Under the pieces are notes generated by a model. That model was not told the DNA's origin and searched no databases. It saw nothing but the letters and a program-made list of their open reading frames with translations. Below are positions 47,355 to 55,111 of a stretch of DNA of 55,111 nt, in pieces. This DNA comes from Oculatellaceae cyanobacterium bins.114 (lineage in GTDB: Bacteria; Cyanobacteriota; Cyanobacteriia; Elainellales; Elainellaceae): positions 1 through 55,111 of the forward strand of contig JANRJA010000175.1 of NCBI GenBank assembly GCA_033764315.1. The letters run 5' to 3'. The translations under genes and the position numbers were made by a program. Position 1 is the stretch's first letter, and each line of letters opens with the position of its first letter.

Positions 47355-48462
47355 CTCTCTACCTCGTCCCAGTTTCATTGAGCGATCGCCCACTACCATC
47401 GAAGCCGAGCAGATTGCTCTGTGGGAGGCGATCGCAGACAAAACCCTCTACCCAGGGCAGCCAGAGCGGCTGCTGATTAACCTCCTCACATACCGTGAAG
47501 CATTGGTGCGAATTGGCATCCAGTACGCGGCTGAGCAAAACCTGGTGAACTATGCGGTCGGAGTAAATCTTGACCAGCTTGGGGCATTGCTGGATGTGGT
47601 GCGCTTACCAGCTTCTAAAGCCCGGTGCACGATGCAGTTTGTACGGGCGATCGCCCTTCCGACCTCCCTCCTGATTCCAGCGGGAACGCGAGTGGCAGTA
47701 CCAGGTGACGCGGGAATTATCTTTGCCACCATTGAAAACGCCACCATCCCAGCCAATCAAAACGGCGTGAGCGTTATCGCCGAGGCAACTGAATCAGGTA
47801 TCGCCGGCAACGGATTTGCCACAGGGCAAATTAACGAGTTGCTTGATGCCTTCAGCGGCGTGAGCATGACAGCGAGCAACACTTCGACCAGTGCGGATGG
47901 AGCTGACATCGAAAGTGACGATCGCTTCCGTGACCGCATCAAACTCGCTCCCAATAAGTTTTCTGTGGCTGGCAGTGTGGGGGCTTATCGCTACCACACC
48001 CTGACCGCTGACCAGACCATCAACGACGCGGCTATTGTCTCTCCCTTTCCTACCAGGGTTGAGGTCTATCCGCTCACATCGGGCATTCCATCGGCGGGAA
48101 TTCTTGCCAAGGTCACGGCTGCGCTCAGCAATGAGAAGGTCAGGCCGCTCACTGATGAAGTAGCGGTGTTACCGCCCACTCAACTGAGCTACAGCATCAA
48201 CGCCAGCGTCGTGGCCCTGGCTTCTGCTGATACTGCCACGCTCAGCAGCCAGTTGCAGACAGCGGCTGCCACCTTTGCGAGCGATCGCCGCTCTGGACTA
48301 GGGCGTGATGTGGTGCGAAGTCAGCTCATTGCAGCGTTATCACTACCGGGGGTCTATAGCGTAACCCTAGCCTCCCCTGCTAGTGACTTGATTGCCCAAC
48401 CTAGTCAGTGGGCAAACTGCACCGCGATCTCTGTGTCAATTACTGGAACCAATGGAGGATAA
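47347..48462 (+). CDS. Baseplate gpJ
   Basis: NLDQLG, GADIESDDRFRDRI, SVAGSVGAY, VRPLTD. Confidence 0.93.
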   Translation: MVSSLPRPSFIERSPTTIEAEQIALWEAIADKTLYPGQPERLLINLLTYREALVRIGIQYAAEQNLVNYAVGVNLDQLGALLDVVRLPASKARCTMQFVRAIALPTSLLIPAGTRVAVPGDAGIIFATIENATIPANQNGVSVIAEATESGIAGNGFATGQINELLDAFSGVSMTASNTSTSADGADIESDDRFRDRIKLAPNKFSVAGSVGAYRYHTLTADQTINDAAIVSPFPTRVEVYPLTSGIPSAGILAKVTAALSNEKVRPLTDEVAVLPPTQLSYSINASVVALASADTATLSSQLQTAAATFASDRRSGLGRDVVRSQLIAALSLPGVYSVTLASPASDLIAQPSQWANCTAISVSITGTNGG

Positions 48463-48864
48463 ATGCCGAATCAACTTTACCCGTTGGGCAAGAATGCTCT
48501 ACTGGGAAGCTTAGATGTCTCAACCGCTAACCTCAAAGTTGTCTTGGTTGATGCCGGAGCCTATACCTACTCATCAGCTCATCAGTTTCTCTCTGATATA
48601 GCAGCCGGAGCAAGGATCGCCACATCGGGCAACCTGGCAAACAAGACAATTAGCAACGGTGTCTTTGATGCCGACGACATAACCTTTACAGCCGTTTCGG
48701 GTGTGCAGTCTGAAGCCCTCGTGATTTACGAAGACACAGGCAGCGCGGCAACATCCCGATTAGTGGCCTACATCGATTCAGCGACTGGCTTGCCCGTAAC
48801 GCCTAATGGCGGAAACATCCTCATCACCTGGGATAACGGCTCTAACAAGATTTTCGCGATTTAG
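48463..48864 (+). CDS. Virion structural protein (tail/baseplate associated)
   Basis: FDADDITF...LPVTPNGGNI. Confidence 0.65.
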   Translation: MPNQLYPLGKNALLGSLDVSTANLKVVLVDAGAYTYSSAHQFLSDIAAGARIATSGNLANKTISNGVFDADDITFTAVSGVQSEALVIYEDTGSAATSRLVAYIDSATGLPVTPNGGNILITWDNGSNKIFAI

Positions 48865-48873
48865 CGATAGAGC

Positions 48874-50742
48874 ATGACAATTCTCAGGCAGCTATTGACG
48901 GGGACTACAACCCTGGCATCTGGCAGTGCTACAACCACTGTCACACTTGGCACTGCTCTGCTTGATACCTCCAAGGCGTTCATCGTTGCGATGGCGGAAC
49001 CGGGCAATGCTTCTCCTGAATTTGGCAGCTTCACCTATCAAATCCTCTCAACCACCCAGATCCGCTTCCAGCGGTTCACAGCAACATCTGCCCCAGTTCA
49101 GAATATCCGGTGGTATGTCGCTGAGTTTTCAAGCGGGATTACAGTTCAACGGGGCAGCTTAACAACATCCTCAACCCCTATCACAGCAACAATTACAGCC
49201 GTTGATTTAAGCAAATCTTTTATCATCGGCTCGACGCGCTCTAGCGGGTCAGGGTACAACCAGGATGATTTTGTAGAGCTAGATTTTCAAAGCTCAACCC
49301 TACTGAGAGCACGGGTAAACACCACAGCCACACAGATTGCTACTGAGTGGCAAGTTATCGAATACGCAGATTGCAGTGTCCAGTCAGGCCGGGTTACGTC
49401 TTGGACAACAGCGCAAACGCCTCCTGTCACGATCGCCTCGGTTGACACCTCAAAAACCCTGCTGCTGTTTTCTTATCAGCAAAACGGAGCAACCGCTAGC
49501 GGTATTGGACAAAAACTTGTTAGAGGCGCGATCGCCAGTAGCACCACTCTTATCTTTGATCGCGATGCGACTGGATCTACGGTAGAGCTGAGCTGGTTTG
49601 CTATAACCTTCACAGACGCCACAGTTCAGAGGGGAAGTACGACATTTGGCGTTTCTGACACGTCGCTGCCAGCAACGATTACAGATGTTGATACAAGTCG
49701 CTCGATCCCACTGCTGACAGGGCTTGATCAAAGGCACGGAACGGCAAACTACCCAACCGATGACCATCCTGGCATTTCTGGATTCATTCCTGTCTTCACT
49801 TCCTCAACTCAACTAAGCCTGACTCGTGGATTTACGGCCTCAAACACAGTTGGGGCGATCGCTAATTGGCAGGTTATTGAATTTACGGCAACTATTGCCC
49901 CAACGGGTATTGCGCCTACTGGTGGGGTAGGCAGTCCGACTCTTACACTGCTCACCCAAACCGTTGCCCCAACGGGCATTGCAGCTACTGGTGGGGTGGG
50001 GAGTCCGGTCGTTACGCTGCTTAACCAGGCGATCGCCCCAACGGGCATTGCTCCAAGCGGGGGCGTAGGAAGTCCCCTGATAACGCTTGCAGGTTCTCAA
50101 GTCCTGACCCCAACAGGTATTGCGCCTACTGGTGGGGTGGGAACGCCAGCGCTCATCAAAGAGATTGAGTCGCTGTTGCCGCCATCGATCAAAGACGAGC
50201 GGTTTTTAACGGCTGAGCAGGTGTTTTACCGCATCACCGAATTACCTCTTGAACCGCTCAATATCTACGATTTCGACAATGTTGACGCCTCAGCCTTGCC
50301 TCATCTGACTGAGCAGTTCAACGTCACCGGCTATCGCGGTTGGTTGCTCGCTGACACTGAGCAGAAAAAACGAAACCTACTCAAGGCAGCGATCGAGCTT
50401 CATCGCTATGCGGGTACACCGTGGGCAATCAAAAATGCCTTGACGACCCTGGGTTATGGCGACGTGACGATCCAGGAGAACCCAGGAGCTAGATTCGACG
50501 GGGAATACTCGTTCGATGGCTCCACTCGATTCTCTGGTAAGGCTTACGGCACCTTCCGCGTAAATCTCAATATTGGGGGGCGATCGCTGCCACCAGCAGA
50601 GATTGACCTCATCATCAAGCTGATTGGTGAGTGGAAGAATGCTCGCAGCCACTTGATAGAGGTAATCTTCACCAATTTTGCTCGCTATGACGGGCAAATC
50701 TACTTCAACGGAGTCTACAACTTTGGAGGCCAGCCAATTTAA
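48874..50742 (+). CDS. Large beta-rich protein fused to a C-terminal baseplate gpI domain
   Basis: 4 x (I/V)APTGIAPTGGVGSP-like linker; ALPHL..QF...AIELHRYAGTPWAIK...KNARSHL. Confidence 0.8.
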   Translation: MTILRQLLTGTTTLASGSATTTVTLGTALLDTSKAFIVAMAEPGNASPEFGSFTYQILSTTQIRFQRFTATSAPVQNIRWYVAEFSSGITVQRGSLTTSSTPITATITAVDLSKSFIIGSTRSSGSGYNQDDFVELDFQSSTLLRARVNTTATQIATEWQVIEYADCSVQSGRVTSWTTAQTPPVTIASVDTSKTLLLFSYQQNGATASGIGQKLVRGAIASSTTLIFDRDATGSTVELSWFAITFTDATVQRGSTTFGVSDTSLPATITDVDTSRSIPLLTGLDQRHGTANYPTDDHPGISGFIPVFTSSTQLSLTRGFTASNTVGAIANWQVIEFTATIAPTGIAPTGGVGSPTLTLLTQTVAPTGIAATGGVGSPVVTLLNQAIAPTGIAPSGGVGSPLITLAGSQVLTPTGIAPTGGVGTPALIKEIESLLPPSIKDERFLTAEQVFYRITELPLEPLNIYDFDNVDASALPHLTEQFNVTGYRGWLLADTEQKKRNLLKAAIELHRYAGTPWAIKNALTTLGYGDVTIQENPGARFDGEYSFDGSTRFSGKAYGTFRVNLNIGGRSLPPAEIDLIIKLIGEWKNARSHLIEVIFTNFARYDGQIYFNGVYNFGGQPI

Positions 50743-51839
50743 TGGGCGTTCAACCTGAATCAACCCCCAGCACCGCTACTTACACCTCCACTATTTACCA
50801 GTGGGAAACGAATGATCCTGTCTTAGGTGGGTCGGGAGGGATTGCAAACAACCCAATTTTGGGGTTATGCAACCGCACCCAGTGGCTCTTCAACAAGGTT
50901 AGTAGCCTAGTTATTGGTACGGACGTGCAAGCCTATGACGCGGATTTGGCGGCGATCGCCGCTCTTACGGGCACTGGTTTGTTGAGACGCACGGGCACCA
51001 ACACTTGGGCACTCGTTAGCCCGTTTTCAGACAACTCGATCGCACAAGGTAGGCTCACGCTCAGCAGTGGAACCGCTGTTACAACTACTGACCAGGTAGG
51101 GCAAACAACGCTCTATTACACTCCGTATGGTGGCAATGGAATTTCACTTTGGAATGGCTCAGAATGGGTGTTCTACACTTTTCAGGAGCGCACGTTGTCG
51201 CTTGCTGGATTGGCCGCGAACACAAATCACGATATTTTCGTTTGGGATAGTGGCGGGGGTAACTTGTCCCTGCAAGCGATCGCTTGGACGAATGGTACTA
51301 CACGAGCAACCGCACTCTCTCTCCGCAATGGAGTTTGGGTTAAATCGGGCGACGATCGCCGCTATTTAGGCACGATTCGTACAACCGGATCGGTGGGACA
51401 GTGCGAAGATAGCGAAGCGAAGCGATTTGTCTGGAATGCTAGAAATCGCGTCCCCAGGAAATTGTTTGGTTTTGATGGAGCGGTAAATTACACATACTCT
51501 GGAACATCTTTCAGGGCCACAAATAATAACGCCCTTTGCAGGATTGAAATTGTTGTGGGCTTGCCTGGGGAGGAGATTCTTTATGTGCAGGGCGGTAACG
51601 GTCATTCATCGGGAGATGGACTGGTTTCGATCGGAGTCAATAGCACCACCATTGCTAGTGCTGATCTTTCAGGAAATAGCGCACAAGGTAACGCGACTAA
51701 CAGAAATTTGACCTATTTCACCCATCTTTATAGTCCTCCCAGCCTAGGCTACTCTTACTATCAATTGCTCGAAGCGTCCGAGACTGGGGCCGTTACCGAG
51801 TTTGTAACCCCTCGTATTGCAGGAGCATGGAGAGCATGA
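50742..51839 (+). CDS. Tail fiber protein
   Basis: IYQWETNDPVLGG..GIANNP..LCNRTQWL N-terminus; VQAYDADLAAIAAL. Confidence 0.85.
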   Translation: MGVQPESTPSTATYTSTIYQWETNDPVLGGSGGIANNPILGLCNRTQWLFNKVSSLVIGTDVQAYDADLAAIAALTGTGLLRRTGTNTWALVSPFSDNSIAQGRLTLSSGTAVTTTDQVGQTTLYYTPYGGNGISLWNGSEWVFYTFQERTLSLAGLAANTNHDIFVWDSGGGNLSLQAIAWTNGTTRATALSLRNGVWVKSGDDRRYLGTIRTTGSVGQCEDSEAKRFVWNARNRVPRKLFGFDGAVNYTYSGTSFRATNNNALCRIEIVVGLPGEEILYVQGGNGHSSGDGLVSIGVNSTTIASADLSGNSAQGNATNRNLTYFTHLYSPPSLGYSYYQLLEASETGAVTEFVTPRIAGAWRA

Positions 51840-52288
51840 GCTTAATTAGATTACACGAGGCGATCGCCGCTGTTTGTCCTATTGTTGGCGTCGCCCTTAA
51901 CGAAGATGGCACTCATCGCATTGATTTTGCCGATGGCGTAACTGAGGCAGAGATTGCAGCAGCGACATCGGTTCTAGCCAATTGGCAACCAGAGCCAGAG
52001 CCAAAATGGGATGAGTTTGTAGCAAACTTCAACTACCCCGGCAACACGCTCTATGCCTCGGTGGTGGGCAAAGTTTCTCAGGCAGGATTTGCCGCCCAAG
52101 ATCACTGGGGCAATTTTAAACTGATGATGGTTGATTCGAGATTGCGATCGCCCCAGGCCCTGCAAGCCTCGATTGGCTATTTGAAGCTGCTATTAGAGCA
52201 AGCCAATCAACCCCTATCACAACAGGATATTGAGGCTTGGAATAATGAGATGGAGAGCTACGACTTTCCCGAAATCTGCAAGCTGTAG
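51836..52288 (+). CDS. Tail fiber assembly protein (putative)
   Basis: ATGA-coupled to the fiber gene. Confidence 0.55.
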   Translation: MSLIRLHEAIAAVCPIVGVALNEDGTHRIDFADGVTEAEIAAATSVLANWQPEPEPKWDEFVANFNYPGNTLYASVVGKVSQAGFAAQDHWGNFKLMMVDSRLRSPQALQASIGYLKLLLEQANQPLSQQDIEAWNNEMESYDFPEICKL

Positions 52289-52317
52289 GGAATGCTAGGG
52301 CAGATTTGAGATGCCCA

Positions 52318-53013
52318 ATGCAACTATCAGACAACGACCTAAAACGCTTTGAAGCAGTCGGCTTTGAAATACTTGAAGAGCGATTGCCAGATTTAGAGAT
52401 GGCAATTTTTCATCTAGATTTAGGCAACAAGCTCAACGTGATCTGCCTAAACGAAACCCAGAGCAAAGCATTGGTTGATCAGAGTAGCGCGATCGCCCAT
52501 GAAGCATGGCTCGTTTTTGGGTGTGAACTGGTGCAAATTTGGCTAGGGAGCGAGCAGCTTATTGCTGCTGGCATACAATCAGCAATAAGCACTGATGAGG
52601 CAACCCGCATGACAGTAACTTTAGAGAAGCCGGTAACCCAGGCTAATGGGGCAACCGCAGAGCAGCAAACCTTCTACCCAATTGAGCAAGTAGCCCAAAG
52701 TTTGGCTGCTTTCACCAAACTCCCTGCCGATCAGATGATTGATTTGATTTTGGAGAGTCGCCCGCTAATTAAGAGAGAGGGTGGAGTTTTCAAGGTGATG
52801 CCGAGCGCGGCGATCGCTGCTTTCAGGCAGTGGGCGAGCGAGATAGAGGTGAAACTTGAGTCGGGTGACTTAGCAATTGGTATACCTACCCCAACAGCTC
52901 CAACAAAAGCTTCGGCTACCAGAAAGGTGACTGCCAAGAAGACACCAGCCAAAAAGACGACCACTAAAAAGCCAGCCGCGAAAAAATCAACTCCTACCCC
53001 AATCGAGGCGTAG
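52318..53013 (+). CDS. Hypothetical protein with histone H1-like Lys/Ala/Thr tail
   Basis: KVTAKKTPAKKTTTKKPAAKK. Confidence 0.65.
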   Translation: MQLSDNDLKRFEAVGFEILEERLPDLEMAIFHLDLGNKLNVICLNETQSKALVDQSSAIAHEAWLVFGCELVQIWLGSEQLIAAGIQSAISTDEATRMTVTLEKPVTQANGATAEQQTFYPIEQVAQSLAAFTKLPADQMIDLILESRPLIKREGGVFKVMPSAAIAAFRQWASEIEVKLESGDLAIGIPTPTAPTKASATRKVTAKKTPAKKTTTKKPAAKKSTPTPIEA

Positions 53014-53078
53014 AATAATAGCAAGTCCGAGAATGCTCCTTACCTCTGCCACAAGCAGAGGATTTTGCTTTTTAGGGG

Positions 53079-53409
53079 AACTGGCACACGTCTCAACTTA
53101 AGACAAGCGAGACGTACTACAACCCCGGACTAATTTTGGACTTGACCGACTTGTAATACGACCTGTAGTACGAGTCTCAAACCCTCAAAAACTCGTGAGA
53201 CTGTAATACGACAGTGGACTAGGGTTAAAAACAGCTAAAACTCAACCACATCAATGGTTTTAGTGATTTGGACTAATCTTGACTATCTGCTGTCTTGAGC
53301 AGGTGATCAAGACTGGACTAAGCTCAACTGGCACAATCAGGGGCGATCGCACTAACCTTTAACTATCCGCCATTGGTTACTCTTGCACTGCGGTATACTC
53401 AATGGCGGA
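53079..53409. repeat. Short-repeat-rich non-coding region upstream of the integrase
   Basis: GGACTA x4, TGTA(A/G)TACGA x3 plus an inverted copy, AACTGGCACA x2, TCCGCCATTG/CAATGGCGGA hairpin. Confidence 0.7.
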
Positions 53410-53424
53410 CATTGAGGACGGTGG

Positions 53425-54978
53425 ATGAGTGAAGCCTTAATTTGTGGCTACGCACGGGTTTCAACTGAGGAGCAAGCGCATCAAGTAGCTCTCAGCAATC
53501 AAATCAAGCGACTTAGAGACTCAGGATGTCAGCGGATTTACGCCGATGTTGCGAGCCGTGCTGATAGCCAGCGCGATGGCATACTGCAACTCATCAGCGA
53601 TATTGAAGCTGGACTGGTGGGAGAGCTACGCATCACCAGGCTCGATCGCATCACTGCCTCACCAGCCCTCTTTGAGCAATTAGTTGATTTGCTTAAAGCC
53701 AAAAAGGTTGCTCTGACAGGCTTAGACGAATATCTTGATATCACCTCAGCTGATGGCGAGTTTTCAGCCGGACTCCAGATTTACTTTGGTAAGCGCGAGG
53801 TGAGGACCATCCAACTTCGATCGCAGCGAGGGCACGAAATCAGGCAGCAAAACCGACGACCTAACCCATCCGTGCCATGGGGTTATCGTTCGGTCAATCG
53901 CACCTACAAACTAGACTCCGAGACGTTTTTGTGTCTCTTGAGCGATCGCTCAGAGCTAACCAGGGCACAGCTTGCCAGAGATGTGATTGATCTGTTTTTT
54001 GTAGCTGGCAGCCTGAGTAAGGCGGTGGGGCTGATCCACACAAAGTATGGTGTGCTGAAACGAGGACACCCCAAGCGAAATCAGCAGGTCAAGGTTGCCT
54101 CATACGTGGTGGAAGATGAGGCAGAACTGCGGGCGATCGCCCCAACTCGCAATGCCCGGAAAGGAGTGTTCCAGTGGAGCCATGACGGATTAGCACGATG
54201 GCTGAGAAACCCGGTGCTACGAGGTCACACACCCTACAACACCCGAAAGTATTTGGGCACTGACGCAGCGGGGCGAAAGCGATATGGCAACGACAATCCC
54301 CGTGAGCAGTGGCAAGTGGAACGCGATACCCACCCCGATCAACGGCTCATGAGCGAGGAGGAGTATGAGCAAATTGAGCAAATCCTTTCTTACAACGCCA
54401 AAACACGGGGCTTTGCATTGATTGGTGGGAGCGATCGCCGTTACCCAGTTTCAGGGCTACTGGTGTGTGGTGAGTGTGGCAGTCGGATGAAGTCTCAAGG
54501 CTCGAAGGTCAGACAGGGCAAGAAAATCAACTATTACAGGTGCAAAAACAGTTTAGATAAAGCTTGCACCAACACTTGCAGCCTTCGAGGTGACAGGGCT
54601 GAGGAGTTGATTATCGCCGCTCTCACGACCAGGGCTGAAGCGATCGCCCTGGCTGCTGATGAGTCCGAAGAGATTGCCTCACCAGAGTTGGCAGAACTTA
54701 AAGAGCAGTTGCAGAGGCTAGAGTCAATCCCTGGCAGCAATCCAGCGATCGAAGCGGCAAAAGTAGATTTGCAAGGGCAGATTGAGCGGCTGATCTGGGG
54801 GTTGAAGCAGAAGAAAGTAGCTACCCAAGCGAAACAGCTTGACCTTGTTGAAACCCTTCAAGATCCCGATTATTGGGAAACCTTGAGCGATTCTGATAAA
54901 GGCAAGCTGTTCAGGTGGTTGGTGAAAGATGTGGTGGTGAAAGAGGATAGAAGCGTAAGAGTTGAATTAGATGTTTAG
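53425..54978 (+). CDS. Large serine recombinase / integrase (XisF-like)
   Basis: YARVST, TRLDR, PWGY, LRNPVLRG, CGECG..YYRC..C zinc ribbon, coiled coil. Confidence 0.95.
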   Translation: MSEALICGYARVSTEEQAHQVALSNQIKRLRDSGCQRIYADVASRADSQRDGILQLISDIEAGLVGELRITRLDRITASPALFEQLVDLLKAKKVALTGLDEYLDITSADGEFSAGLQIYFGKREVRTIQLRSQRGHEIRQQNRRPNPSVPWGYRSVNRTYKLDSETFLCLLSDRSELTRAQLARDVIDLFFVAGSLSKAVGLIHTKYGVLKRGHPKRNQQVKVASYVVEDEAELRAIAPTRNARKGVFQWSHDGLARWLRNPVLRGHTPYNTRKYLGTDAAGRKRYGNDNPREQWQVERDTHPDQRLMSEEEYEQIEQILSYNAKTRGFALIGGSDRRYPVSGLLVCGECGSRMKSQGSKVRQGKKINYYRCKNSLDKACTNTCSLRGDRAEELIIAALTTRAEAIALAADESEEIASPELAELKEQLQRLESIPGSNPAIEAAKVDLQGQIERLIWGLKQKKVATQAKQLDLVETLQDPDYWETLSDSDKGKLFRWLVKDVVVKEDRSVRVELDV

Positions 54979-54979
54979 G

Positions 54980-55029
54980 GCAGAGGACTGAAAATCCTCG
55001 TGTCGGCGGTTCAAGTCCGCCTCCTGGCA
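54980..55029 (+). other. attP core: 3' 50 nt of tRNA-Phe(GAA)
   Basis: GCAGAGGACTGAAAATCCTCGTGTCGGCGGTTCAAGTCCGCCTCCTGGCA: anticodon arm (GAA 54990-54992), T arm and acceptor 3' strand; 5' half absent. Confidence 0.88.
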
Positions 55030-55111
55030 TTATTCCTCGACTGGGAAAACAGTGTTGCAGTTAACGCACTCAACAATGTACTCAGATTCATCTTCATCAA
55101 CCACTACGCCA
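55006..55111 (+). repeat. Terminal overlap (right copy)
   Basis: Identical to 1-106. Confidence 0.95.

Larger units (their letters stand above)
1..55111. mobile_element. Complete temperate cyanophage (contractile tail) / probable phage-plasmid, excised circular form
   Basis: Terminase, portal, capsid, sheath, tube, tape measure and baseplate genes; integrase next to a tRNA fragment; 106-bp terminal overlap; abundant HIP1 GCGATCGC. Confidence 0.93.

Noticed and set aside
50742..53420. Diversity-generating retroelement or invertible tail-fiber cassette
   Set aside because: No reverse transcriptase, TR/VR duplicate or inverted fiber ends were seen
54980..55029. Complete tRNA-Phe gene
   Set aside because: The 5' acceptor strand and most of the D arm are missing and replaced by integrase coding sequence; it is an attP fragment
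55006..55111. Biological direct terminal repeat or attL/attR pair
   Set aside because: The exact overlap starts mid-tRNA fragment and runs into a phage ORF; best explained as assembler circularisation

Overview
A complete, circular ~55.0 kb temperate cyanobacterial myovirus in its excised (attP) form. Bases 1-106 repeat exactly at 55006-55111, and HIP1 GCGATCGC is very frequent. A XisF-like large serine recombinase ends directly against a 50-nt 3' fragment of tRNA-Phe(GAA), the attP. The left arm carries early genes (AEP-like Rep, HNH, ASCH, DUF3102-like), an HTH repressor / RHH switch, a Sak/Rad52 annealase, a Cre/Xer-like tyrosine recombinase and a group-3 sigma factor. The right arm is a P2/Mu-like head, contractile tail and baseplate cluster. 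The most unusual part is a leftward operon (17655-12092): ParM-like actin, small ParR-like protein, two membrane proteins, and a membrane-anchored FtsK/TraB-like ATPase with a C-terminal winged helix. A 13-copy TGTTGGG repeat locus and a frameshifted L,D-transpeptidase follow. This resembles Streptomyces TraB/clt/Spd DNA-spreading systems, but on a phage-plasmid. Also notable: a radical SAM / basic protein / ParB-N cluster before the terminase, two loxP-like 34-bp sites, a readable RGGAAnnCT late-promoter regulon, and a stand-alone CysRS anticodon-binding-like domain. All product calls come from motif recognition; no database search was run.
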